Shown here piece after piece: positions 37,601 through 47,060 of a stretch of DNA of 56,405 nt; position 1 is the stretch's first letter; each line of letters starts with the position of its first letter. The position numbers were made by a program, and so were the translations under genes. Source of the DNA: a virus (lineage: Duplodnaviria; Caudoviricetes); the IMG/VR virus record IMGVR_UViG_3300017751_000019, positions 1 to 56,405 of that record; one strand, given 5' to 3'. The notes beneath the pieces are model-generated. The model did no database searches. It saw only the letters and a list, made by a program, of their open reading frames with translations, and had not been told where the DNA came from.

Positions 37601-40600
37601 GTCACTGAAACCAGCTCTTGCCCAGCTTCTTTTTGGGTTAAGAATGACTTAATTTTCTTCGGCTCAACACTGTCGGCCTTCCACGCAACAAAGCTATCAT
37701 TAGCTAGGCGTGAGCCAGTAGTTGCTGACCCGTTGACGTATCCTGCTGTCCACTCGCCATCAGGCATTTTGCCGACGAGATCAGAAAGGGTCTTGCCTGC
37801 CTCGATCTGCTTGTTCGAGATAACACGAATATTCTTGTCGGGGTCATCAGGCAGTACCGCCAGACGCATACCATCTTCATCAACAGCGGGTAGATCAGGA
37901 ATAACCGTGAGAGGAGTTGTGTTGGCTGTTTCTTTTGCAACTGACTTGGAGTCAATGCCTTTTACAGCGTCAAGGTAATCCTTAATAGAACCACCACCAC
38001 GCAATACTGCACCAGCCTCCCTTAGTTTTTTAGCCTTCGGAATGTAAGGTTCGTCCACATCCAGTCCGTCCTCGGGTTTTACTGTCTCCCATCCTTCAAG
38101 AGCTTCAATGGATCGATATGACTTGCCTCGGCTATCAACATACAGGGTCTCACCTTTCTTGGCTCGAGACTGCACAAACTTCTTCTTGCCTTCTGTGCCA
38201 TACTCTTTCATCTTGCCTTGGTTGGTGGCATAGACCTTCTCTCCGCCAAGGGAGGTGTACTTCACGATCTTGTAAACTTCTTTGTTCTGGTAGACGCCGT
38301 TATCGTCTTGGATCATTTGCGTCTTTCTTGCTTCGTCTACAGCGGCCTCATGGCCATAGATAATTTTCTCGTCCTCAGTGAGAGGGCCGCGACCTTTCCC
38401 TTCTGTCCCCGGTAGGACTTCAGGCGCTCTACCAATGACTCCATATCCACCGCCAATATCAGTACTGCTACGCAAGAACGACTGTATTTTTCCACGGGTA
38501 GTTCGACCAGCAGTTGTATCGATTGGCTCTCGGCCAGCGGCACTTGGGATTCTTTGGTTTGCTCTATCCAAGTCGTCTGAGATTAGCCTGTCGTAGGCCA
38601 GTACTTTCGCGTACTCAGGAGTTAGCTTTTTATCTTTTGCCATCTCCTGACGCATTATCTCTAGCAGTCGCTTTTTGTCTCTAGTGTTAAGTGAGGCAAT
38701 CTGACCTTTTAGTTCGCTTGAGTTTGACTGGACTTCTACGTCAATTTTTCTAGGGTTCATCTGCCCCAGCATCCAGTCGGTGACCTCATCACCGCGACCT
38801 TTAGGTGCTTTCTGCTCAATCAAATACCTGAACGTGTCAGGGTCATCCCTGAGCATCATCATCAGGGTATCTTCGTCAATGTCCTTGAGTAGTTTCTCGA
38901 ACACCCCGTCAGCCACGGCGTCAATATCTGGCGCTTCAACTGGCTGGCGTGCGGTATTTGCTTTTAGATATGCACGAAGATTCTTTTGAGCTACTCTGGT
39001 TAAAACACCTTCTCCGGTTACGGGGAGTATGTTGTTTTCAATCAGGTCAGCAAGATCATCCTCATCAAGGTTTGCCTTTGACAGAATGTTGGTTATGGAT
39101 TTCTGCTGTTCGGCAGAGCGATACTTAACCTCAGTGATCTTGATCTCGTCATCAATAAGTTCTTCAGCGGTTAAAGGCTCTTTCTTGCCGGGGACACCGT
39201 CCACGAACATATCTCTGAATGCGTCACGGCCAGCTTGGGTCACCTTTCCGTTGGGTGACACCTCGATTTGACCAGCATTGATCATCCCGAGGAAGTCGTC
39301 CTCGGTCAGACCCATTTGTCCTAGTTGCTGCTTTATCGACGCTTCTTGTTGCGCACCTCGGTATTTGACTTCGGTAACTTGTTGCGTGGGAGCTTCTGCG
39401 GCTGGAGCTTCTGGAGCAACTGTAGCTTCAGGAGCTGGAGCTTCAGGGGCAACTGCGGCATCTGGTGCAGCTTCAGTTTGTCCACGAGCCTTAACAATTG
39501 CTCTTACTTGCTTTACGCCGATGCCGAACTTGGTTTCAGGCTCGACATCAGTAAGCTCCGCGACAGTGATGCCATTTTCTTCTGCCGCCTTTCGCGCTCC
39601 TTTTGTTAGCTTGAAGCCAGACAGGTCAGTTGAGTCACCTGCATCTGGTTGGGCAGGAGTTTCTGGTGCTGGCTCTGGTGCGCTAGGTGCTGTTCCTGTT
39701 GCGGGTGCTGGAGCTTGACCCGCTGCGGCGGCATCTTCTGCGTCCGCTGCTCGCTCAACGCCTGCAATTCTATCTAGTATAGACTGTAGGCTCGCACTGT
39801 CGCCTGCTTCAAATGCGGCGCGATAAGCTGTTTTGAGCTTAGTTAATTCCTGAGATCGCTTTTGTCCACGCTTGTTCTCAGCGGGATCGGCTGACTGGAG
39901 TAGGGGGGCAATGTCATCCTCGTATGCGGACAAGCGTCCATTCAACTCGAGCATGTCATTAAGCAGGCGGGCGCGTGTAACCAGATCATCGACCATGCCC
40001 GGATTGCCGTCCATAGCCTGAACGATCTCTGACTCAGTCTTTTTTATCTCTTCCTGAATCGCTACTAAATCGACTTCAAGGTCTAGGTCAGTTGGCATCC
40101 GGCCAGTGGTATCTGGGCCTTGAGTCTCTGCCTCCGTTGTCCCGGCCTCGGGAGCATTTGGATCAGGATCAACATCCGGGTTTGGCTGTTCACGGTTGGG
40201 CGGAATATTGTTTTTAAGAATCTGGTTTACAGTCCCTTGGGGGAGTTGAGGTATCTCGTCCTCCGTCCATCCAAGCTCAACCAGTCGTCGGTTCTCACGG
40301 AATATTGTTCCCGGGGCATCGACAGTGCGGCCCATCTTTTGATACTGAGCACCAAGTCCACCGAACACAGCACCAGCTCCAGCGCCAAACAATATGCCTG
40401 ACCCGCCAGCTACTGCCGCATCTCCAAAACTATACTCGTCGCGAATACCAAGATTGATGTCTCGAGCTTGCTCTAAAGAGTTGAAGCCAGTTTCAGCGAT
40501 ACCACTTGCGGCACCTTCAGCGATAGCACCTTTCTTCATGCCAGCCTTGAGAGCACCCTGAGCGCCTTGCCGCAAAACAGCTTTAGCCGCTTGTCCACCA

Positions 40601-41034
40601 GCACCAAAACCGATTAGGTTTAGTGGGTCTGTGACTGCCGCTGCAACATTGATTGCCAGACCTTTAGCGCCTCGCCCACCTTCCTCATAGAAGTCTGGAA
40701 CGCTGTCGAACACTTCGTTCATGCGAATCATGAGCTGTCGCTGTCGCGAGTCGGCACCCATTGATTCTGCTACTTCTTTACCGAGGGAGACAGAGTTCAT
40801 GTTCTGCCACTGATTATCAGTGTAGAAAGCATCGATCAGGTCTGTTTCGCTGTTGAAGTATTGGCCTTTGCCTGCGTAGTACTCACGCATTTCGGCCATA
40901 AAGGTGGGGTCGTTGAAGGCTTCTAGCCCAGTTGAGGTGCTTAAAGTGCCAAAGGTGTAATCAGTTGGTTCGCTCAGCCCGTCTATATCTACTTGCGTAG
41001 ATACGCGCCGATAATCATCTTGGTAGTCTGCCAC
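31609..41034 (-). CDS. Giant internal virion (ejection) polyvalent protein
   Basis: 3141 aa, last gene of the structural operon; HEMGH..EFFAE zincin motif, NYFPQVW, helical C-terminus with QLKSYP of the kind seen in podovirus ejection proteins. Confidence 0.8.
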   Translation of the reverse strand: MADYQDDYRRVSTQVDIDGLSEPTDYTFGTLSTSTGLEAFNDPTFMAEMREYYAGKGQYFNSETDLIDAFYTDNQWQNMNSVSLGKEVAESMGADSRQRQLMIRMNEVFDSVPDFYEEGGRGAKGLAINVAAAVTDPLNLIGFGAGGQAAKAVLRQGAQGALKAGMKKGAIAEGAASGIAETGFNSLEQARDINLGIRDEYSFGDAAVAGGSGILFGAGAGAVFGGLGAQYQKMGRTVDAPGTIFRENRRLVELGWTEDEIPQLPQGTVNQILKNNIPPNREQPNPDVDPDPNAPEAGTTEAETQGPDTTGRMPTDLDLEVDLVAIQEEIKKTESEIVQAMDGNPGMVDDLVTRARLLNDMLELNGRLSAYEDDIAPLLQSADPAENKRGQKRSQELTKLKTAYRAAFEAGDSASLQSILDRIAGVERAADAEDAAAAGQAPAPATGTAPSAPEPAPETPAQPDAGDSTDLSGFKLTKGARKAAEENGITVAELTDVEPETKFGIGVKQVRAIVKARGQTEAAPDAAVAPEAPAPEATVAPEAPAAEAPTQQVTEVKYRGAQQEASIKQQLGQMGLTEDDFLGMINAGQIEVSPNGKVTQAGRDAFRDMFVDGVPGKKEPLTAEELIDDEIKITEVKYRSAEQQKSITNILSKANLDEDDLADLIENNILPVTGEGVLTRVAQKNLRAYLKANTARQPVEAPDIDAVADGVFEKLLKDIDEDTLMMMLRDDPDTFRYLIEQKAPKGRGDEVTDWMLGQMNPRKIDVEVQSNSSELKGQIASLNTRDKKRLLEIMRQEMAKDKKLTPEYAKVLAYDRLISDDLDRANQRIPSAAGREPIDTTAGRTTRGKIQSFLRSSTDIGGGYGVIGRAPEVLPGTEGKGRGPLTEDEKIIYGHEAAVDEARKTQMIQDDNGVYQNKEVYKIVKYTSLGGEKVYATNQGKMKEYGTEGKKKFVQSRAKKGETLYVDSRGKSYRSIEALEGWETVKPEDGLDVDEPYIPKAKKLREAGAVLRGGGSIKDYLDAVKGIDSKSVAKETANTTPLTVIPDLPAVDEDGMRLAVLPDDPDKNIRVISNKQIEAGKTLSDLVGKMPDGEWTAGYVNGSATTGSRLANDSFVAWKADSVEPKKIKSFLTQKEAGQELVSVTVDDISRLVSLAENLPNSESALFYKPLDVIERFVDLMSANGGVASKADLNQMITDVDLVLGWPEKGATDTIKFVSDLYQFKAKYVPEDIRLDTLAIKTSQADFKRLFSDFSNEELAEGKRLIEMLAKDGGRGAPKFDGNTYKGDGLYRGKNNSISLATKPKGIDETQLPNDRIRTLAHEMGHWTYANLLSTEDKLEFWGAMSKYIDADGQVNEASVADKLPKNAETLGEVFYAPGIRSPQEFFAEQFSMWTMQNKASGFARSQQYGESIKAFHGVSDSFWKKVSKVVLGVFNRALDPKNIDPDLEKLFARILPDGGEAMAVRDAAPPSTPAGQTIVRVAKDLNMLVDDLEYQVELYTDHSANPEALINAALDFAKRLYGMSATGRKKEFAPLQLTQKTNAANARLARDIFDILKIESVDDLVDGDVDFAAQLIDPKKADDLYKFLALEGNAQPHLKAHEDISKNLRRVFNRLIDEDLEMFPEGKTLAKRKESQQRTFFKERFAKGRAQRQKAERKITQEKAATKAIIESKEVPQVSETNPAQSPSFKTMSTSSLEKIKADGMAAKNLTDEVLQASLELEARANTERVTSISPITVTDTVTADAINREIREGEGLDANSLSASGPASVREAQEKMGHRTKREGYKSRSIFLRLNNISEASDEGIAQRLVVAARGDEFDPMTAGSRDTFDNDFSSDAFASLRDRMRNISKLLNRGDEGGVEQVVEMVLRLDGIDPSAKAVISSDGNVIGEMMNRIRDNGSMYNASRHAEQVAAYDAIIDRVALVLNGHLDKDLRRAFPQIDGRGNLFERKTDLSIPARPDVMPPIVSTNREPRLWNASPDSRKRAINEFIGDGLSKGDDRPLVFYTNSGNRGRNPIAYRYSSQAAEETGVVDIKGKGKRTDADQTKIDELLNEKQVLNDRLEEATRNSKDGTIKLEESLIDGISFIDDELIKLGIEVSGPEPVYISASNVADFGPRARYTNDSSFVSAVVKHLIKENYFTARQAAQVGQNQPDSLAGNEVLDMILNMMGNKPSSRNDLSLELNRMGFDGFTSYDPKKVSPTDRPIEKTEIFDSAKVRFVDNGDFDVPPIGDESAIDIELQSVTSTLLSSKTLDINIGQPQTTALVQTLLNSGVNPNAASGLGKMMGGKYPDNREASAIQRAITVSIGSNSERLRENGMSWVADWIAPPRDSGVGHFERTNGRTGGILIPIFKQMRQLSDSRSTFGNWLRRSTDLSFKGSDRMRMDQPQSHRNIVNALRNQPGGRHEAKLTVDEQGVYKMVRGAFNTLRREMVDAGVMIGNIENYFPQVWSMEKVMQNEADFKERLIRYFALEAKEEGRVLTRENAEAQAQRVFGHIIDEDGVYVEPPTGGSRDVTGDHIDYQRMIRLDKYPELLDDVGRYLEDDLESVLAKYVDSASRRIDFASKYGNQSHGFHDYMNILEDAGDTTDAVTKLLTTKKITSKKMRSISDTGSVDEGELVRETLMPFENDVAGAKAAAQELLAMAERGATTPEMLEYLRAFDESADPADKAVFSKRSEAIVGGVQDRVRMGNNRPHNEHIKSAMEIFRAVQRKPVGASGAGYAAMNTASKAVRNFNSVSLLSFTTLTSLGDPMLTAVRSGSPVAFTKAMTKYASDPHYRSFIQNAGLAIENVVHERLTGMHGTAASKNTVAFFNATMLTPWTNLNRNMAGAVGLEFFYTEYDRALTNYNPNMPATQQNTQFKKAFRVLRRYGLDKYLDDGMTSIRGITDFNQHPELRSAMNKFANEAIFTPNPNDVPLWAQTPVGAMIFQLKSYPLMLGRLVNDSIKQATEVDPVTGGGRRFGPLLMLATAAPLGGALSLAAKDIVQKRGEDNETFRERKLSKIAEGFGFDTNIHGDRDDYLGWYVESMVQIGGLGLVANMFYDTAEQLDNGAYGKQRIASTIFGPSVGLFNDAVNVVQGVTDTNEDANGKERSAARSVVGRIPVVGGIKPLKEAAVDEIAGEVKKKGSSWGKGWSKGWD

Positions 41035-41068
41035 GTCGGTTCTCCAGTTTCCGTATTAGCTAACCCAT

Positions 41069-41099
41069 ACGGTACTGTTGAACCGACGCTTGGTCGTCC
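41069..41099 (-). promoter_or_regulatory. Late promoter motif upstream of the giant gene
   Basis: GGACGAC-N18-TACCGT. Confidence 0.7.
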
Positions 41100-41102
41100 C
41101 TG

Positions 41103-43037
41103 TTAGAGGTTGCTCAGCAAGGCTTTCATGATGAGATCAGTCTGATCATCAAGGGTCGTTCCTTGCCTTCTCATGTTTGGATAGTTGGCATTAACCGGGT
41201 TCTGGCTAGTCCCACGACGTTGAGCCAACCTTTTGCTTGAGCCGGGGTTTCCTCCCGGTGTGCTAAGCGAGGCCGCTGACGGATGCTTGTTTACGCCAGC
41301 TTCGCGCATGGTGTCCTCAACCTGCTGTTGCGTTAGCTGACCACCACCCCTAATAATGTCAGCATAGCCTTTCTTCTCGAAGTAGTCCTGCAACTGGAGC
41401 AAGTTAGCTGATCCCGGATCGAAGTCATTGATCGTCGCCAAGCCTTTATCTCGAAGGGCGACCGACCTAGCCTCAACTTGAACCTGAGCCAGCTTTTGCT
41501 GAAGTTGCTCTACCTGCTGGTCAAGAGACGCTATGTGCTTCTGTCCTTGAGCCCTTGCTAGAGTAACCTGCTGGCCGTAGTCTTCGTTAATGGTTCCATA
41601 GAAGTTTGCCGGGTTCTCTGAGCGAGCAACGATATCAATAATGGTTTGACGCTGAGTCGCAATATCTTGGATATGACCCTGAAGGTCTCTAATATGAGAG
41701 TTATAGTTAGACGACCCAAGGCGAGTTTGATATTGGTTGCCTTTAAAGTTGGTTACATCTGCGGTGTCACCCAAGACCTTTTTGATTTGATCTTGGTTTT
41801 CACTTATCTGTTTGCCAACTCTTCCTTGGCTATTAGCGCCATCACCAAATGCGTCGCCAACATAGTCTGTTATATAGGTCTTCTTTTGGAGACCTTGATT
41901 CTGCATGTACTCATTCACGATGTTTTGCTTGTAAGTATTGGTAGGCACAAATCCATTTTGGCTGTACTTACTGAGTATCTCATTCATTTTCTGCGAAGAT
42001 ATTCCATCCCCTTCGGCGTCAATCTCTGAAACCAAAGCAGATATAGCGGCACGGTTATTCGAGTTGTGGGTCATTGAAAATTGTTGGAGGGCGATCTGTG
42101 CCGTCTTGTCATCTATCTCGTCAAACTGAGAGAGGTAACTGACAAGCTCGTCAGTGTTTGCTTTTACCATTGGAATGGCTCGGTCGGTTCCGGCAGTCAT
42201 CGCCGCCGAACGCTTACCGTCAAAGATGTTGTCTTGCTGGGCCGTTAAACGCTGTTCGATCTCTTCGTCCTTTAAAAACATAGAGAACCTCTCGCCTATA
42301 GCCTTGCGAATACTATCAACATTGCCAGCGCCAACCTGATTTAAATAGTTTGGGTCGGCAAGCAATGTATTTAATTTATCAAACGCAGCTACTCGTCGAG
42401 TCTCTTTCTCATCCTCAAAAAGATTGGAGTAGAGATTCTTGAAGGTGCCAGAGTTGACCATGTGCGGGTTAGCTGAATTACTGGCGAACTCATCAAATGA
42501 TGTCCCCGCAGAGATTTGTGAGGTGATCAGGTCTTTATTATCGTTAAAGTACCGCTGATCAAACTGCTTACTAATAGCGTTCAGGTCTAGCCCCTGAAGG
42601 TAACGCTTATCATCGTCTAGCTGATCGCTCTGGAATCCGGTGTCTGGGTTAAGAGCATTCAGATCAGATTGCAGGCGATTCATAGCGGTCTTAATGTCGC
42701 CTGTTTCGGTGTAGTAACCAAACAAGTTGTCCTGCATGTCCTGCTTATTTTGTTTCTTGGCGGCAACATTGGCTTGGTACTCTCGACGCTCTCTAGCGTA
42801 ATTAGCCTCAGAGTTCCTGCGAGCAATATCTTTGATCGTCTCTTCAGTTGCGGCACCCGAGCGCAAGTAAGGGCTTGAGCCAGCGAACTGGTCAACCGCG
42901 TCACGCAACTCCTGTGTGGTTGCGTATGGGTTGGCTTTCTTGAATTCCTCGAAAGCCTTTGCTGTCTTCATACGCTGGTTATCAAGCTCGTCATTACGAT
43001 CTTGATAACCTTGGTATACGTATCCGCCAAATGCCAT
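41103..43037 (-). CDS. Putative internal virion protein
   Basis: 644 aa, helical, Q/N-rich; sits in the ejection-protein block. Confidence 0.65.
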   Translation of the reverse strand: MAFGGYVYQGYQDRNDELDNQRMKTAKAFEEFKKANPYATTQELRDAVDQFAGSSPYLRSGAATEETIKDIARRNSEANYARERREYQANVAAKKQNKQDMQDNLFGYYTETGDIKTAMNRLQSDLNALNPDTGFQSDQLDDDKRYLQGLDLNAISKQFDQRYFNDNKDLITSQISAGTSFDEFASNSANPHMVNSGTFKNLYSNLFEDEKETRRVAAFDKLNTLLADPNYLNQVGAGNVDSIRKAIGERFSMFLKDEEIEQRLTAQQDNIFDGKRSAAMTAGTDRAIPMVKANTDELVSYLSQFDEIDDKTAQIALQQFSMTHNSNNRAAISALVSEIDAEGDGISSQKMNEILSKYSQNGFVPTNTYKQNIVNEYMQNQGLQKKTYITDYVGDAFGDGANSQGRVGKQISENQDQIKKVLGDTADVTNFKGNQYQTRLGSSNYNSHIRDLQGHIQDIATQRQTIIDIVARSENPANFYGTINEDYGQQVTLARAQGQKHIASLDQQVEQLQQKLAQVQVEARSVALRDKGLATINDFDPGSANLLQLQDYFEKKGYADIIRGGGQLTQQQVEDTMREAGVNKHPSAASLSTPGGNPGSSKRLAQRRGTSQNPVNANYPNMRRQGTTLDDQTDLIMKALLSNL

Positions 43038-43053
43038 GTCTATTACCTTTTAA

Positions 43054-44517
43054 TTAACTGCCAAAGAACTTAAAGTCAGGAAACTTTTCATCAAGGAACG
43101 CGCCGCCGTCTTTCGCTAGTTGTCCTAGTGAACTACCATACTGCTCTGATGCTGTTTTCGCTCTATCGAACTGGGTGTTTGCTGCATTAGAGGCATTCGT
43201 GTAGTTAGTACCCATCGCTGTTGCCTGATTACTAAAGAAGTTGTCTGGGTTATAGCTATTTAACTGCGGCCCAGAAGCATAACCACTCGCGCTGTTTGCG
43301 GCATAGCTGTAGCCGGGGTTAGTCAACTGTTGTGCGTAGGGGTTTGATACTTGCCCTGCGCTGTAAATGCCGCTACCTATAGACATAGGGCCACGGACGC
43401 CAACCGTTGATGTACGGGGATTCTGTAGGTATGCGTTAAATGCAGAGCCAATATCGCGGTCTAGGACTGCCGATGTCTGCGGATTCAATCGAGCTTCAAG
43501 ATCAAGACCTGTCATTCCAGCCTGCTGTTCTGCATCCATCTGCTTGGAGAGAGAAGCATGAAGATTCTCGAATCGATCTTTGCGAATCTTGTTTGCTGTC
43601 TCAACACCAGTGGCCGCATCAGCATTTGCACGAGCCTTAGCTTTAGCGTACTCAGGAGCCAGACGAGCAATGACTTCTGCTCGCTGGGCGTTAGCTGACC
43701 CGCCCATGTCCATGCCTGAACGAATCAGGTTAGCTTCAGTTGTGGACATTGCCTTGTCAGCCAATGAGTCCACTTCACCTTTGTATGAGTCGTAGAGGAC
43801 ATCGGATCGACGTCTAAACTCGTCCTCACCTATTAGCTCAGGAGTAGAGATATTGCCAAACTGATCTAGGACTTCGCGTAGCCTGTCTCGAGTTGCAGAT
43901 GACTCACCGATCACTCTGTTCTGGCGGTCGATCTCTTCGCGTCGTTCTGCCGCACGTATTCTTTTGTCTTCTTGAAGTCGATTGAGCCTGCCTGCGAACT
44001 CCTCGTTGAGAGTCTCGCGGTTCTCACTCATGCGATCTAGTTCTTGGTTTCTCTCTGTACGGGCGCGTTCTCGCTCAGCCTGAAGCTCGGCGATAGCGAA
44101 CTCTCTTTCTTCTTGAGCCAGATTGTCGTTTCTTGCAATTCGATCTAGCTCAAACTGGCGACGCTCTCTAGCCGCAGCATCCATCATGCGCTGACGACTA
44201 AAGGTGTCATCCCTGTCCTGAAGAAGCCTGCCTTCGTTTCTTCGGTCTTGCGCTCTCAGGTACGCCTGAAGGTCTTGCTCCGCTCTGTTCTGACTGTTGT
44301 AAATATCTTTAAAGTAGTCATTTTGATCTTCCTGTAAGCCAAGGGTGTAACCACCCATTTGGCCCTGAAATGCAGCATTCTGAGCAGCATCTCTTCTGGC
44401 GGCTTCAGCGACTTCGGCCTGATACGCGGCCATCTTTTGCTGGTACTTAGCGGCACCTCGGCTTCCAATAGCGCCAAGGATAGAGCCACCCATTTGGAAT
44501 GCGGCTGAAAAACTCAT
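43054..44517 (-). CDS. Putative internal virion / DNA transfer protein
   Basis: N-terminal GGSILGAIGSRGAAKYQ followed by a long coiled coil. Confidence 0.65.
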   Translation of the reverse strand: MSFSAAFQMGGSILGAIGSRGAAKYQQKMAAYQAEVAEAARRDAAQNAAFQGQMGGYTLGLQEDQNDYFKDIYNSQNRAEQDLQAYLRAQDRRNEGRLLQDRDDTFSRQRMMDAAARERRQFELDRIARNDNLAQEEREFAIAELQAERERARTERNQELDRMSENRETLNEEFAGRLNRLQEDKRIRAAERREEIDRQNRVIGESSATRDRLREVLDQFGNISTPELIGEDEFRRRSDVLYDSYKGEVDSLADKAMSTTEANLIRSGMDMGGSANAQRAEVIARLAPEYAKAKARANADAATGVETANKIRKDRFENLHASLSKQMDAEQQAGMTGLDLEARLNPQTSAVLDRDIGSAFNAYLQNPRTSTVGVRGPMSIGSGIYSAGQVSNPYAQQLTNPGYSYAANSASGYASGPQLNSYNPDNFFSNQATAMGTNYTNASNAANTQFDRAKTASEQYGSSLGQLAKDGGAFLDEKFPDFKFFGS

Positions 44518-44518
44518 G

Positions 44519-46633
44519 TTAAACTATTCCCGTCATTAGGTTCCTAGCAAACGAGGACTGGTTATTCATGTTCACCAGCTCGTCTTCGTCGTCAAGGTTC
44601 GCCAAGTAAGCAGTTAGTTGCTCCTGCGTGATAGGAGTGTTTGCATCTCCCACTGAAGCGAACTGCAAGTTTCCGTAAGCATCAACAGCGCCTTCGACTT
44701 CTGCGGCGGCCAATGCGTCTCTGCTTGCAACCTGTTCAGCATCAAAAGCAAGGCGGTCGCTCTGATCCCTGTATATGTCTGCTAATCCCGCAAGCTCATC
44801 ATTTGCTTGGGTTGCGCCATAGCGTTCGATCTCTTGGCGCAATGCCTCGATCTCATCCCCGGCAATGTTCAAGCCATCATTGTCGAAGAACTCCCGGTTA
44901 CGAATGTCTTGCAACAAAGTCAGCGCGTTACCCTCGAGATCGCTTCTCTTGAGTCCAAGGTTTTCAAGTCTTTCGTCCACGCCACCAAATGCTTCTTGAA
45001 GAGCGGCATAGTTTGCTTCAGTTCCGCCTTGGTACTGTCCAAGCTCTGCCATCTCGCGATCAATCTTTGATCTGAGATTCATTAGGCCAGCTTCGTCGTA
45101 GTCTTGAATCTCTCCGAGTCCGGCCATTAGTTCCTCTAGCTGTCCAGATTCGGCAAGCAATGCCGCGTCCCTTTCACCTATGAGGCCAGATAGTACGCCT
45201 TTAGCTTCCTCTAACGTCCCAAGCTGTCCACTTGAGTCGAAGGCTAGGTCGCTTGTAACGGAGCCGAGGTCACCCTCAAGAGCCCTGATTTGATCTTCAA
45301 GGTCTTGAATGCCATACAGGTCTTTTGTCCCCGCTCGGCTTGCGGCTCTTGCGATTGCATCTGCACGCTGTCTTGCGGCATTGCCAATGGTATCTAGTCG
45401 CCCTTGCTCTTCGGATCGCTCTCGCTGTAGACCATACAACTGATCTTCAAGTGCATATAAATCCTGAAGGTCTCGACCAATATTAAAGTCCATCTCGCTG
45501 TCGAACCCAGAAAGCTGGCTCTCCAGCTCTCTGATCTTGTTCTTCAGCTCGGTTGGGTCACCAACGTCAGCAATACCTAGATCATCGAATGTCGTCTGTA
45601 GGTCTCCGATTTGTCCACGGACACCACCTGTGCTCTCGTCCACGTCTGGCGTGGACGGGTCGTCAGGTATGCCAGTAAAGAACTGATCGATGCGGCCCTG
45701 CTCAGCAGTTTGCTCGCCAATTCTCGAATTAATCAGAGCCTCAAGATTGTCCAGCTCAGTCATCGCATTTGCTTTCGAGTCAAAGCTAAGCGGGCTATCG
45801 AAAGCGTTTATTTCGTTTCTAGCTTGCGCTAGGTCGCGAGAGAACCTACTGAAGTCAGTATTAAGGTCGGCGAACTCAATATCAATGTCACCTTGGTTGG
45901 CCTCGTTAATGTACTGAGTAAAGAAGTCCTTACCGCGTCGCTTCTCTGCTTCTTCTCTAGCTTGAAGATCGTCAATGCTTTCTTGAATTCTATTCAGATC
46001 GCCGAGGTATTTGTTTGACAGACCCGTGTTCAAATCGGATAGGGTAGGCATGTCATACATAACAGACGCACCGTAAGACTCTCCAGCAGGATTAAAGCCG
46101 GGAGAAACTGGAAGCCCGAACTCGTCGTACTGAAGTTGTTGTGGCGGCTCGTATGACCCAAAACTCGACCGTCCTGACCCTTGACCAGCAAGGCCAAAGT
46201 TTGCGCCAGCGAAACCACCAAAGTCGATGTTGTTTAAGTTAAGATTGGTGAAATCAAAAGCGGACGGTTCGATGTTAGATAAGGCATCTTGCTTTTCGGC
46301 TTCTTGAGCTTTTATTGAGTCTTGAACGCCACTCATCCATGAAACATCGCCAGCATTGAAAGACTCAAGGTTGCCCCTCAAGGATTCAATTTCTTTCTCA
46401 ATATCAGAGAGACCGCTAAGGTCATCACCCAAGGACAGGCCGCTTACTGTGTCACTGAAACCACCAATGCCAGACGCAGAATCTGTCAACGCAGAGTTGA
46501 ATAATTTGATTCTGTCGTTATAGTCGCCAGCCAATCTATTTCTGGATTTGTTCTCTTTAGAGACTGCACTCTCTCGCTGCTTGGTATAATCAGGCGGCGG
46601 AGGAGGTGCCGGAGGCCCAGATTTCTTACCCAT
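44519..46633 (-). CDS. Putative internal virion / pilot protein
   Basis: MGKKSGPPAPPPPPDY N-terminus, typical of the gene after the virion GNAT in podoviruses; acidic helical repeats. Confidence 0.65.
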   Translation of the reverse strand: MGKKSGPPAPPPPPDYTKQRESAVSKENKSRNRLAGDYNDRIKLFNSALTDSASGIGGFSDTVSGLSLGDDLSGLSDIEKEIESLRGNLESFNAGDVSWMSGVQDSIKAQEAEKQDALSNIEPSAFDFTNLNLNNIDFGGFAGANFGLAGQGSGRSSFGSYEPPQQLQYDEFGLPVSPGFNPAGESYGASVMYDMPTLSDLNTGLSNKYLGDLNRIQESIDDLQAREEAEKRRGKDFFTQYINEANQGDIDIEFADLNTDFSRFSRDLAQARNEINAFDSPLSFDSKANAMTELDNLEALINSRIGEQTAEQGRIDQFFTGIPDDPSTPDVDESTGGVRGQIGDLQTTFDDLGIADVGDPTELKNKIRELESQLSGFDSEMDFNIGRDLQDLYALEDQLYGLQRERSEEQGRLDTIGNAARQRADAIARAASRAGTKDLYGIQDLEDQIRALEGDLGSVTSDLAFDSSGQLGTLEEAKGVLSGLIGERDAALLAESGQLEELMAGLGEIQDYDEAGLMNLRSKIDREMAELGQYQGGTEANYAALQEAFGGVDERLENLGLKRSDLEGNALTLLQDIRNREFFDNDGLNIAGDEIEALRQEIERYGATQANDELAGLADIYRDQSDRLAFDAEQVASRDALAAAEVEGAVDAYGNLQFASVGDANTPITQEQLTAYLANLDDEDELVNMNNQSSFARNLMTGIV

Positions 46634-47060
46634 GTTTAATCCACCTACATTCTTCTTTCAACATTGACATCAGGATCGCGTCCTCATGTGGTTCGTCTCC
46701 AAAGAATCTTCTGAGCCTTCCTTCTTCAACAAAGCCCATCTTCTTTTGGAGTTTCAAGGACTCTTCGTTTCCTGCCCTCGTATTAGTGCATAACCTCAAG
46801 ACATCGCACTTAATGAAGGGGTAGCTGTAGATTTCCCTCATTATTCCTTTGGTTAATGCTTTCTTGTCGTCCATCCAAATGGACGCCCATATTTCTCTCT
46901 TCGTGTAGTTGGTGTAAGTAACACCACCAACTAGCTTGTTCTCTTTTGAGTCCCAGATGCCTATCGAAGAGTTAGGCTCTGGGTAGGCAGGACATTCACA
47001 CTTCATTGAGCATATAGCTGCAAGTGCCTCCTGCCTTTCGCTTGTGCAGATGTACCGCAC
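46626..47060 (-). CDS. GNAT-family acetyltransferase-like protein
   Basis: YPF..RL..NEESLKLQKKMGFVEEGRLR; lies between tail and ejection genes. Confidence 0.85.
   Translation of the reverse strand: MRYICTSERQEALAAICSMKCECPAYPEPNSSIGIWDSKENKLVGGVTYTNYTKREIWASIWMDDKKALTKGIMREIYSYPFIKCDVLRLCTNTRAGNEESLKLQKKMGFVEEGRLRRFFGDEPHEDAILMSMLKEECRWIKHG

Noticed and set aside
31609-41034. N4-like virion RNA polymerase (similar size)
   Set aside because: I found no T7-type polymerase motif set; the C-terminus resembles ordinary ejection proteins. A profile search should confirm.
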